DNA from: Escherichia coli
GTDB lineage: Bacteria; Pseudomonadota; Gammaproteobacteria; Enterobacterales; Enterobacteriaceae
Direction: 5' to 3' (one strand)
Assembly (NCBI RefSeq): GCF_003991155.1
Contig: NZ_CP031293.1
DNA: 64,000 bases
Shown: positions 25,281 to 37,725 of the stretch, piece after piece
Layout: each line of letters starts with the position of its first letter
Position numbering within the stretch: position 1 is the stretch's first letter
Program-made: the position numbers and the translations under genes
Notes under the pieces: generated by a model
Told to the model about the DNA's origin: nothing
Seen by the model: only the letters and a program-made list of their open reading frames with translations
Databases searched by the model: none

Positions 25281-27929
25281 ATGAAACTGAAAAAACTCCC
25301 CGGGTTTAGTTTGGGACTTATTGCTTTGGCGGTGGGTAATGCATATGCTGAACAGTTTATTCAGTACGATGAATATAAACATGCTGTGGCAATAAAAGAT
25401 GGAGAAGTAAAAGATATTGATAATGCGCTAGTTATAACAACGGGTAATGGAAGTTACGGGGTATCTGTTGCAGGAGAGGGTAGCAATTTAACCATTAACA
25501 AAGGCGTCATTGTAACAACGGGTGGTTTATATCCTTCTGGCAATAGTCCTCTAAGCACAGTATATACAGCTAGCGCAGTCGTAAGTGAATATGGCGGTGC
25601 AGTTATTTTGCAGGGTAATAATACGATTGTCACAACGGGGGATTACTCAATTGGTTTGCTAAGTCAAACGAATGGAAACCTGAATACTGATACCATAATA
25701 AGAGTCAACACTGACGGTTCGGTTAACCCCCATTTATCTGACGAAGGTAATACTTTTATTGTTACTGCGGGTAATCACGCAGTCGGCGTTCTTGCTTGTG
25801 CATCTCCCGGAAGCGCGCGTGCGTGTGTATCTTCTCTTGATGAAGAAAGTACTGCCGATACAGGAAGTAATGAAAATAACGCCAAAGCAAAACTGGATAT
25901 GGCAAAAGGGGAGATAACAACCCACGGAACAGAAAGTTATGCCGCTTACGCTAATGGCACTGTCGTCAAGGCGGGTAGCAAGCTTGATTATACCAATGCC
26001 AGCGTTACATTAACCGATGTTGATATTACCACGCATGGGGACAATGCTCATGCCATCGCTGCTCGCCAGGGGACTGTTTCATTTAACCAGGGAGAAATTC
26101 ATACAACGGGTCCTGACGCCGCGATTGCTAAAATTTATAATGGCGGCAAGGTGACGCTGAAAAATACATCTGCAGTCGCGCATCAGGGGGCTGGAATTGT
26201 GCTGGAGTCTTCCATAAATGGTCAGGAAGCAACGGTAGATATTTTATCTGGTAGCTCACTACGGTCAGCAAATGAAATCCTCTACAATAAAAATGAGACG
26301 AGTAACGTGACCATTACGGATAGTGAGGTATCATCGGCTGCAGATGTTTTTATTAATAATATTAAAGGTCATTTGGCCATCGATGCATCTAATTCAAAAA
26401 TAACGGGTTCAGCCAATCTTTCAACAGATGATAGCACTCATACCTATCTGTCGCTTTCAGATAATAGTACCTGGGATATTAAAACTGACTCAACGGTGAG
26501 CAAGCTCACGGTTGACAATAGTACGGTCTATATTTCCCGGGCAGATGGAAAGGCTTTCGAACCAACAAGATTAACAATAACTGAAAATTACGTTGGTAAT
26601 AATGGCATATTGCATCTCAGAACTGAATTGGGTGATGATAATTCAGCTACGGATAAAGTCGTTATTAATGGAAATACCTCTGGAACAACCCGAGTTAAAG
26701 TTACCAATGCTGGCGGCAGCGGGGCTTACACGTTAAATGGGATAGAGATTATCAGCGTTGAGGGGGAATCAAATGGGGAATTTATTAAGGATTCGAGGAT
26801 TTTCGCCGGTGCCTACGAATATTCATTAACCCGAGGTAATACCGAAGCGACCAATAAAAACTGGTATCTGACTAACTTCCAGGCAACGAGCGGCGGTGAA
26901 ACAAACTCCGGAGGAAGTTCAGCGCCTACTGTTGCGCCTACCCCCGTTCTGCGCCCCGAAGCTGGAAGTTACGTCGCCAACCTGGCAGCCGCTAACACTC
27001 TTTTTGTTATGCGTCTGAACGATCGTGCAGGTGAAACGCGCTACATCGATCCTGTAACTGAACAGGAGCGTTCAAGCCGACTTTGGCTACGTCAAATTGG
27101 CGGGCATAATGCCTGGCGTGACAGCAACGGACAGTTGAGAACGACCTCGCATCGCTACGTCTCGCAGTTAGGGGCGGAGCTGTTAACCGGTGGTTTTACC
27201 GACAGTGACAGTTGGCGTTTGGGAGTGATGGCTGGTTATGCCCGCGACTACAACTCAACTCATTCCAGCGTGTCGGATTATCGTTCGAAAGGGAGTGTCA
27301 GAGGCTATAGCGCAGGGCTGTATGCCACCTGGTTTGCCGATGACATCAGTAAAAAAGGCGCATACATTGACGCCTGGGCGCAATATAGCTGGTTTAAAAA
27401 CTCGGTGAAAGGAGATGAATTAGCCTATGAATCCTATAGCGCGAAAGGTGCAACCGTCTCGCTGGAAGCGGGTTACGGTTTTGCCCTGAATAAATCCTTT
27501 GGTCTGGAAGCGGCGAAATATACGTGGATCTTCCAGCCACAGGCACAGGCTATCTGGATGGGCGTCGATCATAATGCGCACACGGAAGCCAATGGCTCAC
27601 GTATTGAGAATGACGCAAATAACAACTTCCAGACCCGACTTGGTTTCCGCACCTTTATTCGTACTCAGGAGAAAAACAGCGGTCCTCACGGTGACGACTT
27701 TGAACCTTTTGTTGAAATGAACTGGATCCATAACAGTAAAGATTTTGCTGTCTCAATGAATGGTGTGAAAGTCGAACAAGACGGGGCGCGTAATCTGGGG
27801 GAAATTAAACTTGGCGTAAATGGCAACCTGAATCCGGCGGCCAGTGTCTGGGGTAATGTGGGCGTGCAGCTGGGTGATAATGGCTACAATGACACCGCAG
27901 TGATGGTGGGCCTGAAATATAAGTTCTGA
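25281..27929 (+). CDS. ycgH: autotransporter (type Va) outer membrane protein, intact
   Basis: 882-aa ORF with signal peptide, repetitive Gly/Thr/Asn-rich passenger and C-terminal beta-barrel ending ...VGLKYKF. Confidence 0.8.
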   Translation: MKLKKLPGFSLGLIALAVGNAYAEQFIQYDEYKHAVAIKDGEVKDIDNALVITTGNGSYGVSVAGEGSNLTINKGVIVTTGGLYPSGNSPLSTVYTASAVVSEYGGAVILQGNNTIVTTGDYSIGLLSQTNGNLNTDTIIRVNTDGSVNPHLSDEGNTFIVTAGNHAVGVLACASPGSARACVSSLDEESTADTGSNENNAKAKLDMAKGEITTHGTESYAAYANGTVVKAGSKLDYTNASVTLTDVDITTHGDNAHAIAARQGTVSFNQGEIHTTGPDAAIAKIYNGGKVTLKNTSAVAHQGAGIVLESSINGQEATVDILSGSSLRSANEILYNKNETSNVTITDSEVSSAADVFINNIKGHLAIDASNSKITGSANLSTDDSTHTYLSLSDNSTWDIKTDSTVSKLTVDNSTVYISRADGKAFEPTRLTITENYVGNNGILHLRTELGDDNSATDKVVINGNTSGTTRVKVTNAGGSGAYTLNGIEIISVEGESNGEFIKDSRIFAGAYEYSLTRGNTEATNKNWYLTNFQATSGGETNSGGSSAPTVAPTPVLRPEAGSYVANLAAANTLFVMRLNDRAGETRYIDPVTEQERSSRLWLRQIGGHNAWRDSNGQLRTTSHRYVSQLGAELLTGGFTDSDSWRLGVMAGYARDYNSTHSSVSDYRSKGSVRGYSAGLYATWFADDISKKGAYIDAWAQYSWFKNSVKGDELAYESYSAKGATVSLEAGYGFALNKSFGLEAAKYTWIFQPQAQAIWMGVDHNAHTEANGSRIENDANNNFQTRLGFRTFIRTQEKNSGPHGDDFEPFVEMNWIHNSKDFAVSMNGVKVEQDGARNLGEIKLGVNGNLNPAASVWGNVGVQLGDNGYNDTAVMVGLKYKF

Positions 27930-27986
27930 TCCCGCCATTAGCTAAAAAACCGCGTCGATTTCATCGACGCGGTAACATATTAAATA

Positions 27987-28316
27987 TTATTTTTTGCCGA
28001 TAGTACGCATGGTGTCATCAATTGCCGTGATCAACAGCATTTGCGGGTCTTTAGCGCAAACCTGATTCAGTTTTTCTACCACTTTGGCGCTCAGTTCCGG
28101 AGATTGCTCAATTTTTAAATCACGGCTGGCAACGCTGGCATTACCCATTACCGCAACAATTTCTGCAACCTGTGCGCTGTCAGTTTTTGCCATTTCGTTG
28201 GCTTCTGCGCAAGTAATATAGGTTTCTGACGGCAAACCGTTTTTAATATTGTAGTCCTGCGCCCAGGTCATTGGTGCGAAAACAAACAGACCCGCCAGTA
28301 AAGCAAATTTTTTCAT
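27987..28316 (-). CDS. ymgD: periplasmic protein YmgD
   Basis: ~109-aa ORF with signal peptide. Confidence 0.75.
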   Translation of the reverse strand: MKKFALLAGLFVFAPMTWAQDYNIKNGLPSETYITCAEANEMAKTDSAQVAEIVAVMGNASVASRDLKIEQSPELSAKVVEKLNQVCAKDPQMLLITAIDDTMRTIGKK

Positions 28317-28325
28317 CATCATTCC

Positions 28326-28670
28326 TTATTTCATTTTACCCAGAATTGCACCACCCGTACCGCCAATCACGGCACCTTTAATCGCCCCTTCGAGGCCATT
28401 TCCGGTCAGAACGCCAGTGACAGCACCAACGGCGGCACCCACTTTTGCACCTTTACGCGCATTTTTACCGTCGCGGCCTTTTTCTGTTACTGCACCAACA
28501 CCAGCGCCAACAGCTGCACCTTTCAGTACGCCATTAACACCATTGCCAGTAAGTAAACCAACGCCTGCGCCTAGCAATGCACCTTTCGTGGTGCGATTCA
28601 TATCCGCCATCGCTGGCGTGGAGCAGAACAATGCTGAGATAAGCCCGAAGGCAAGTATTTTTTTCTTCAA
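28326..28670 (-). CDS. ymgG: glycine-zipper family protein YmgG
   Basis: 114-aa ORF with signal peptide and repeated GxxxG/GAxVG motifs. Confidence 0.75.
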
Positions 28671-29146
28671 CTTAGATGTCCGGTATTAAGTAAGTTGCAC
28701 ACACAATAATTTCGTCTTCAATTAAGATCGGCTTAACTAAAGAACGCTCGCTATTATTCAGATAATTCAAAATGAGCGTGACTGTGATGATAGGAATTAT
28801 GTTTTTTACGGGAATAAGAATAATCTCAAATGAGAAATAACTCATTGATTGACAATATTTTTATTCAAGAAGTGTCATTGAGTGTTAATACAATGTTGTA
28901 AAGGTAAGATAATCTGATTTATGAATATTATTGTGTGATTTTTATGTGAGCAGAAAATATTCATCAGCAATGATTACATTAGTCATTTTATTTTGTCGAC
29001 GGCCTCATTGTCGAAAAATAAGCGTACAACAGTATTATCAGAAAAGAGTGATTTTTTATCCAACTACACTTCAGCGCACTGCGTTTAAAAAATGCCTCTT
29101 TCTTATGCGGGATATCATTATTTCATCATGATGTCTTTGGTGAGCG

Positions 29147-29529
29147 GTGAACACAATACACTTGCGCTGTCTCTTCAGGAGCAATCCCCTGGTCTGGTGC
29201 CTGCGGGCTGATGTTGCAGCAGAGCTAAGGTCGCTTAGACGCTACTATCATTTATCCAATGGCATGGAATCGAAATTAGTCGATACCCGCAGTATATATC
29301 GTGAACTGGGCGCAACGCTGAGTTACAACATGCGTCTGGGGAACGGCATGGAAGTTGAGCCGTGGCTGAAGGTGGCTGTGCGCAAAGAATTTGTCGATGA
29401 TAACCGGGTGAAAGTGAATAATGACGGTAATTTTGTCAATAATTTGTCGGGCAGACGTGGAATATATCAGGCAGGTATTAAAGCCTCATTCAGCAGTTCG
29501 TTAAGCGGGCATCTCGGGGTGGGGTATAG
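29147..29529 (+). pseudogene. ycgI: autotransporter beta-barrel C-terminal remnant (ycgI-like), 3' end interrupted by IS
   Basis: ORF encodes only a beta-domain fragment with no passenger; reading across the IS reconstitutes ...GVGYSHGAGVESPWNAVAGANWSF*, a typical autotransporter C-terminus. Confidence 0.55.
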
Positions 29530-29537
29530 TGTAGTGG

Positions 29538-30787
<1,250 letters not shown>

Positions 30788-30866
30788 TAGCCATGGTGCC
30801 GGTGTGGAATCCCCGTGGAACGCGGTGGCTGGTGCGAACTGGTCGTTCTGACCATCAACGATTAAA

Positions 30867-30891
30867 CTGCGCTTCGGCGCAGTTTTCGTTT
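30867..30891 (+). terminator. rho-independent terminator downstream of the autotransporter remnant
   Basis: ctgcgcttcggcgcag hairpin followed by ttttcgttt. Confidence 0.5.
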
Positions 30892-31221
30892 ACAGGGTGT
30901 TAAAAGGGAAAATTCTGCGGCAAAAAAAGCCCGCCAGTTACGGCGGGAAACCTCATCCTATGGGAGAACAATGAATAATGAAATTGCGGGGTTATCATCT
31001 CCCAGTATACCAATACTAACAATAAGGTTATTTACTCAGCCAGGTATAAACATTTTGTTCTGTGTGGGGGGAACGGCATTAAGGTGTAAAGGGGGGGGGG
31101 GGAAGCAATGAGTAGCATCAGCAAGAATACTCGCCGCTCTTATCAAACGTGGATGAGGGGGATGAAAAACTCAAGGCAGAGATGACTCTGCCTTGAAGAT
31201 AAATGCGCTTTTACAGCGGGC

Positions 31222-31488
31222 TTATTTCAGCTCTTCTGCTTCCGGCAAGGTCACGTTGAGCTCAAGAATAGAAATATCGCCATCTTTTTGCTCAAGCTGT
31301 ACGGTTACCATCTCAGGATCAATTTGTACGTATTTACAAATGACCTCAAGAATATCTTTACGCAACTGCGGCAGATAATGCGGTTCTGCATCGCTGCGAC
31401 GGCGTTCAGCAACAATAATCTGCAGCCGTTCTTTTGCAATGTTGGCCGTGTTTTTCTTCCGCGAGAGAAAGAAATCGAGTAATGCCAT
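31222..31488 (-). CDS. minE: cell division topological specificity factor MinE
   Basis: 88-aa ORF recognised as MinE. Confidence 0.95.
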
Positions 31489-31491
31489 AAC

Positions 31492-32304
31492 TTATCCTCC
31501 GAACAAGCGTTTGAGGAAGCCTTTCTTCTCTTCTTCAATGAAGCGGAAAGGACGTTCTTCTCCCAACAGACGTTCTACGGTATCTGCGTAGGCTTTACCC
31601 GCATCGGCGTTAATGTCGAGAATGACCGGTTCACCCTGGTTAGAGGCGCGCAATACTGATTGATCCTCAGGGATCACACCGACGAGTTTGATGCGCAGGA
31701 TCTCCAGCACATCTTCCATGCTCAGCATGTCACCTCTGCTTACGCGGCCTGGGTTATAGCGCGTTAACAGCAGGTGCTCTTTAATAGGCTCTTCGCCATT
31801 TTCTGCGCGGCGTGATTTCGACGCCAGAATGCCTAAAATACGGTCAGAGTCGCGTACTGAGGAGACTTCCGGGTTGGTGGTAATAATGGCTTCGTCTGCA
31901 AAATAGAGTGCCATTAGCGCACCGGTCTCAATCCCTGCCGGGGAGTCGCAAACAATAAATTCAAAGTCCATCGCTTTCAGATCATCAAGAACTTTGGCGA
32001 CCCCTTCACGGGTGAGGGCATCTTTATCGCGAGTTTGCGATGCCGGAAGAATATAGAGATTTTCAGTACGCTTATCTTTAATTAACGCCTGATTTAGCGT
32101 TGCATCGCCCTGAATGACGTTGACGAAATCGTAAACGACCCGACGTTCACAACCCATAATCAGGTCGAGATTACGCAGGCCGATATCAAAATCTATCACG
32201 ACAGTTTTCTTTCCCTTCTGGGCCAAACCAGTGGCGATGGCCGCGCTGGAGGTTGTCTTACCAACACCCCCTTTGCCCGAAGTAACAACAATAATGCGTG
32301 CCAT
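31492..32304 (-). CDS. minD: septum site-determining ATPase MinD
   Basis: 270-aa ORF with deviant Walker A GKGGVGKTT. Confidence 0.95.
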   Translation of the reverse strand: MARIIVVTSGKGGVGKTTSSAAIATGLAQKGKKTVVIDFDIGLRNLDLIMGCERRVVYDFVNVIQGDATLNQALIKDKRTENLYILPASQTRDKDALTREGVAKVLDDLKAMDFEFIVCDSPAGIETGALMALYFADEAIITTNPEVSSVRDSDRILGILASKSRRAENGEEPIKEHLLLTRYNPGRVSRGDMLSMEDVLEILRIKLVGVIPEDQSVLRASNQGEPVILDINADAGKAYADTVERLLGEERPFRFIEEEKKGFLKRLFGG

Positions 32305-32327
32305 AGAAATTCCTTGTTAAAAAGGGA

Positions 32328-33023
32328 TCAATTTAACGGTTGAACGGTCAAAGCGTTTTCAACTAACTGCAGTCGTGCCGCTTTGCCATAAAATTCTGCT
32401 GGGATTTGATCACTCAGCCAGTATTCACCTGCGATGGACACCAGTTCCGCCATCAGGTTCGTACAAAATATTTGCGTTTCCCGGTCACCACTTGCCCCTG
32501 CCAGCGCACGACCGCGCATCATGCCATAGACATGAATGTTACCATCGGCAATCAATTCGGCCCCAGCGCTAACGTGGCTTGTAACAATCAGATCACATTG
32601 TGGAGCATAAATACGCTGACCGGAACGCACCGGGGTATCTATTAAACGCGTTTTTGTGACCGGCGTTGTATTTTGCGCTGGAGCCTGCGGTGCGGGAGCT
32701 GGACGCGGCGCTTTTTCCTTTCCTTCCGTCAGGATAGGCAGCCCCATCTTTTCAATTTCGGCTTTAAGTTGCGCATCTTTGCAGCCACTTACGCCAATAA
32801 CCCGCAAACCGGTTGCCGAAACCGCCTTATGCATCGCTGACCAGTTTACCGGGTCTTCCAGTGCACTGACGTTGAGTACAACGGGGGCATGTTTTAAAAA
32901 TGCGGGGGCCTGAGCGATTTTGTCTTCCAGCGCCTGATGGATAACCTTAGGTTCTGCCTCATGCAGATGAACCACAGATAAAGTGAAGCTACTGCCTTTA
33001 AGCTCGATTGGCGTGTTTGACAT
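32328..33023 (-). CDS. minC: septum formation inhibitor MinC
   Basis: ORF recognised as MinC; start placed at [10 protein letters not shown]. Confidence 0.9.
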   Translation of the reverse strand: MSNTPIELKGSSFTLSVVHLHEAEPKVIHQALEDKIAQAPAFLKHAPVVLNVSALEDPVNWSAMHKAVSATGLRVIGVSGCKDAQLKAEIEKMGLPILTEGKEKAPRPAPAPQAPAQNTTPVTKTRLIDTPVRSGQRIYAPQCDLIVTSHVSAGAELIADGNIHVYGMMRGRALAGASGDRETQIFCTNLMAELVSIAGEYWLSDQIPAEFYGKAARLQLVENALTVQPLN

Positions 33024-33542
33024 CCTGGCCTTACTCAATTAGCTATTAATCATCGCCAGCGCGCGATGATGTTCCGAAGACTATAAGGCATGTTATAGTC
33101 TGGATTATATTGAGGCAAGTCACCCTCCCATTTATTCAGAGTAAAAGTCTATTCTGTGATAAATGGCGCTGATACATAGCTTAAAAAATACCCTTGTCAA
33201 TCAACCCATTGCCGTCGTACTTTTGATTGTTCTTATTTACGCTTCCTTTTTCCGCACCCTAATCGTAACAGCATCTTCAGACCTGTTTAAATATCCAGTA
33301 TTGAGGCGAGTGTATTTTTTCACCACGCCAGGCTTTCTTAACTTTCCATTTTTTGCGGCATCATTAAAGAACAGATACCCGTTATCTTAATATCCGCCAC
33401 AGAATTGCTCTATCATAGAAACCGCAGAAGACGTCTGATACTTCTGTCAGGTCATCGTAACTCGTCCAGGTCAGCGGTTTTGATTACGGATTGATGATGA
33501 AATGAGCATAAGTGTTGTACGGTTGGATTATCAGGATGTGCT

Positions 33543-33911
33543 ATGAATATGATGCGTATTTTGTATATCGGATTGTCAGGTGTGGGGATGATGTTCTCAT
33601 CAATGGCGTCTGGAAATGACGCTGGCGGGCTTCAATCTCCTGCGTGTGGCGTTGTTTGCGACCCGTATATTTGTGTGAACTCAGATGGCATTTCCCCAGA
33701 GTTAACAAGGAAATATCTCGGCGAAAAAGCCGCTGAAAACTTACAATCAGTACAAGGTTACGATCCCAGCGAATTTACATTCTCTAACGGTGTATTTTGC
33801 GATGTTAAAGAAAAATTATGTCGTGATGAACGTTATTTTGGTGTGGATGGTAAGCGGAGTGGAAAAATCAATCAAACCACCACAAAGATGTTATTTATGT
33901 GTCGTGAGTGA
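33543..33911 (+). CDS. ycgJ: periplasmic protein YcgJ
   Basis: 122-aa ORF with signal peptide, synteny. Confidence 0.7.
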   Translation: MNMMRILYIGLSGVGMMFSSMASGNDAGGLQSPACGVVCDPYICVNSDGISPELTRKYLGEKAAENLQSVQGYDPSEFTFSNGVFCDVKEKLCRDERYFGVDGKRSGKINQTTTKMLFMCRE

Positions 33912-34030
33912 TGTCTTGTTTACATTATGTTCTATTCGGCATTGTCTGCTATTCGTCATTAACCTCTTGAGCGACAGAGAGGAGTGGGGCGTTAACGTTT
34001 ATGACGGGGAGAGTCCCCGTCGGTTGACAT

Positions 34031-34432
34031 TTACTTAATTTGAATATCGACGTTATATTTTTTAGTTTTGTTTTTACGGGCGTCGTTTCGGGTTTGCAGC
34101 ACTCGCAGCTCATATTTGCCAGAAGCAGGGAGTGAGTATTGTCCGTGACTATCGAGTTCTGGGGAATATCTGGATAAATCAACAGAATCATCGATTCCTG
34201 GCCCGAAGAGGTAAGTATCAGCGCCTTCATTAGAGATACTCACATGCACTTTCTGACCTTTTTTGGCATAGAAGGTATATGTATCGTAATCGTATCCCTT
34301 TATTTCGCCGGAGTACTGAGCGCTGCTATGGCCTTTTCTGAACTCAACATTGACATTCTTACCCGCAGCAAAGCTCGTGGAGGTTAGCAGTGCAAGCAAC
34401 AATACAGCCTTACTAATGCCCTTAATTTTCAT
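34031..34432 (-). CDS. pliG: periplasmic inhibitor of g-type lysozyme PliG (YcgK)
   Basis: 133-aa ORF with signal peptide, recognised. Confidence 0.8.
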
Positions 34433-34640
34433 TGGTAGTCTCCTGTTCAGAATGAGTACGATGAACTGTTATAATATAACAATTCATCACAGGAGAATTC
34501 CAGTGGCTTTCCTGCGTTCGGTTAAATCCCGGCGCGGCATTTTTGCCGGGGGGATTACTTATAAAGGGGGCATGGACTGAACAAACCGTAGGAATCTACA
34601 GCTGGCTGGCTTGTGGCGCGGGTTTCATTGATGTTAGCTT

Positions 34641-34967
34641 ATGCCAAAACCTGGCATCTTAAAGAGTAAAAGTATGTTTTGTGTGATTTATCGAAGCAGC
34701 AAGCGTGATCAGACCTATTTATATGTCGAAAAAAAAGACGATTTTTCGCGTGTTCCTGAGGAACTGATGAAAGGTTTTGGTCAGCCTCAGTTAGCGATGA
34801 TTCTTCCGCTGGATGGGCGGAAGAAACTGGTCAATGCCGATATTGAAAAGGTTAAACAGGCATTAACCGAGCAAGGTTACTATTTGCAGTTACCGCCACC
34901 ACCCGAAGATTTGCTGAAGCAACATCTTTCCGTCATGGGGCAGAAAACAGACGACACGAACAAATAA
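34641..34967 (+). CDS. ycgL: YcgL-domain protein
   Basis: 108-aa ORF, synteny. Confidence 0.75.
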   Translation: MPKPGILKSKSMFCVIYRSSKRDQTYLYVEKKDDFSRVPEELMKGFGQPQLAMILPLDGRKKLVNADIEKVKQALTEQGYYLQLPPPPEDLLKQHLSVMGQKTDDTNK

Positions 34968-35038
34968 CCGATATCCGGCGGTGGCATTATCTTTGTCGGC
35001 GCGGGTTTTCATATCCACGATAAGGTGAGGGGAACGTT

Positions 35039-35698
35039 ATGTATCAACATCACAACTGGCAAGGTGCGCTGCTGGATTATCCGGTGAGTAAAGTAGTCTG
35101 TGTTGGTAGTAACTATGCCAAACATATTAAAGAGATGGGCAGCGCAGTGCCCGAAGAGCCAGTGCTGTTTATTAAACCAGAAACGGCACTGTGCGATCTG
35201 CGGCAGCCATTGGCGATCCCATCCGATTTCGGTTCAGTTCATCATGAAGTCGAACTGGCGGTGTTGATTGGCGCGACGCTGCGTCAGGCAACGGAAGAGC
35301 ATGTCCGCAAAGCCATTGCCGGTTACGGCGTGGCGCTTGATCTGACATTGCGTGATGTTCAGGGAAAAATGAAGAAAGCCGGGCAGCCGTGGGAAAAGGC
35401 TAAAGCGTTTGATAACTCTTGTCCGCTTTCCGGGTTTATTCCCGCGGCGGAATTTACCGGCGATCCACAAAATACAACGCTGGGCCTGAGCGTAAACGGC
35501 GAACAACGCCAGCAAGGTACGACTGCGGACATGATCCATAAAATCGTTCCGCTGATCGCTTATATGAGCAAGTTCTTTACCCTCAAGGCCGGTGACGTTG
35601 TGCTGACAGGCACGCCTGATGGCGTCGGCCCGTTGCAAAGCGGTGATGAGCTGACAGTCACTTTCGATGGGCATTCTTTGACAACTCGCGTTTTGTAA
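35039..35698 (+). CDS. ycgM: fumarylacetoacetate hydrolase family protein YcgM
   Basis: 219-aa FAH-fold ORF. Confidence 0.8.
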
Positions 35699-35774
35699 TA
35701 CTTTTTGCCGCCTGAAAGCGGCGGCAAAACTTGCATCGCTGTGCCAGACTGGTTATAAGGTGCGTTTTAACGTA

Positions 35775-36236
35775 ATGGCGGAACACCTGATGAGCGATGT
35801 ACCTTTCTGGCAAAGTAAAACCCTGGACGAAATGAGCGATGCGGAATGGGAGTCGTTGTGTGATGGTTGCGGTCAGTGTTGCCTGCATAAACTGATGGAT
35901 GAAGACACCGACGAAATCTACTTCACTAACGTCGCCTGTCGCCAGCTCAATATTAAAACCTGTCAATGTCGGAACTACGAACGTCGTTTCGAGTTTGAAC
36001 CTGACTGCATTAAATTAACCCGTGAAAATCTGCCAACATTCGAATGGCTGCCAATGACCTGCGCTTATCGCTTGTTGGCGGAAGGTAAAGATTTACCTGC
36101 GTGGCATCCGCTGCTTACTGGTTCGAAAGCGGCAATGCATGGCGAACGTATCTCTGTGCGTCATATCGCAGTGAAAGAATCAGAAGTGATTGACTGGCAG
36201 GATCATATCTTAAATAAACCTGACTGGGCGCAGTGA
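35775..36236 (+). CDS. ycgN: UPF0260 Cys-rich protein YcgN
   Basis: ORF with CxxC motifs; start placed at MAEHLMSD. Confidence 0.7.
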
Positions 36237-36442
36237 TAAATTTAATAGATGTTGATGGGGGCTTTCTTAATATACGTCTGGATACTCGCCATTTCGTAGC
36301 CCTGTTTTTGAAAGCGCTCTGTCATAATGAGAGTTACCCGATACCTTATTATCAACAGGTAACTCTCAATCTTTAAAAAACGTCTGTATTTTTAAATGTG
36401 ATAAACTTTATACCTTGAGTACATGGAGAGAATAATCGCTTA

Positions 36443-37354
36443 TCAGACTTCAGGTACCTCAAAGAGTGTCTTCTTACCGTGTCTTTTCTGATACTCATTA
36501 CAGGTGTTAATCATTTTTTTTGCCGCTTCTTTTAGCAAAGAAAGCATTAAATCATCATAATCAACGTAGAATCTGGTTGTTTCAGTTTCCGTTTTTATCT
36601 CCCCGATGGCGGCTATTTCGGTGGTTAATTTCAATTTGGCGGCATCGATATCTTTATTCGCTTGTTTAACCGTGTTAGACAGGGTGGTAAAGAAACTCTG
36701 CACAGATTTTAACTTGTTCTTCAATTCTGGAATCAGTTTCCCTTCAACTACGCCCGCAGCAATAGAATAGGAAATGATTAATCCAAATGGACCGGCGACG
36801 ACACCGGCTGCGGCACCGGCATACGCTTCCTTCCTGATTTTATCTACCTGTGACTGGAAATAGCTGCTTTTTTCTGAAAAATCATTGGTTAACTGGCTAT
36901 CTAACGCCAGCAGTTTTCCGGAAGCGTTGTTGAAACTTTGTGAGCTTACCAGCAGAGATTTTTGCGCTTCATTCAGCTTCGTGATGCCGTCATCCAGTAC
37001 CTTAATGAGAATGTCTTTCTGGGCGGATGCTTTCTTCTCATTGTACTCATCAAATAGCAAAATATATGCTGCGAGCAATTGCGTCGCAACACCACACCAT
37101 TCATACACCGTTTGGGTTGCTTCAAAATACTTATCCTGGCTATCCATAAGTAAGGTTTTAATATCGCCAACTAAAACGGAGGCTGCCTGTGAATACTCCT
37201 GTTTAAAGCGACTTAACTCTTTTATGGTTTCATCGAAGGTCTGCCAGGGGATGACCTGATCGAGATATTTATTATAAAGGTCTAATGCTCCATCTGCGGT
37301 TTCGATTGCGTTTTTAACTACCTCTACCGTTTTATCTGCAACGATTTCAGTCAT
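36443..37354 (-). CDS. hlyE: pore-forming hemolysin E (ClyA/SheA)
   Basis: ORF matches HlyE (MTEIVADKTVEVVKNAIETADGALDLYNKYLDQ...); 303 aa from the internal Met. Confidence 0.9.
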   Translation of the reverse strand: MTEIVADKTVEVVKNAIETADGALDLYNKYLDQVIPWQTFDETIKELSRFKQEYSQAASVLVGDIKTLLMDSQDKYFEATQTVYEWCGVATQLLAAYILLFDEYNEKKASAQKDILIKVLDDGITKLNEAQKSLLVSSQSFNNASGKLLALDSQLTNDFSEKSSYFQSQVDKIRKEAYAGAAAGVVAGPFGLIISYSIAAGVVEGKLIPELKNKLKSVQSFFTTLSNTVKQANKDIDAAKLKLTTEIAAIGEIKTETETTRFYVDYDDLMLSLLKEAAKKMINTCNEYQKRHGKKTLFEVPEV

Positions 37355-37686
37355 AATCATTCGCCTCTTTAAATATATAAATTGTAATGAAACCCCTGTT
37401 TTACAACTATTAATGAATTTTACTTCATCTAATTCATAGTTAGCCGGGCGGGATGCGTCAATGTCTTTATTTCTATTAATATGATAAATATCAAACAATG
37501 TTTAATGTCATTATGGCGAATGCTTCTATTCTATTTTTTAGCCGGGTGATATTTTTCATTTCTGCTGGATGAGCGTCGTCGCCAGAAGGCGCGTGAGCAC
37601 AGGATAAGAGAATGAAAAATCAGCAGTCTATGCAGCGACAAATATTGATAGCCTGAATCAGTATTGATCTGCTGGTAAGAACAGAC

Positions 37687-37706
37687 TACTGTATATAAAA
37701 ACAGTA
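37687..37706 (+). promoter_or_regulatory. LexA (SOS) box of umuDC
   Basis: TACTGTATATAAAAACAGTA, a perfect CTGT-N8-ACAG palindrome 20 nt upstream of the umuD start. Confidence 0.75.
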
Positions 37707-37725
37707 TAACTTCAGGCAGATTATT

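Noticed and set aside
28417-28689. 90-aa plus-strand Pro/Ala/Thr-rich ORF
   Set aside because: Antisense shadow of the glycine-zipper gene ymgG; the composition mirrors its Gly/Ala codons.
31193-31378. 61-aa plus-strand ORF that might have been ymgJ
   Set aside because: It overlaps minE almost completely on the opposite strand and is most likely a shadow ORF; I could not support a ymgI or ymgJ call from sequence alone.
35234-35674. 146-aa minus-strand ORF
   Set aside because: Antisense within ycgM; no independent support.
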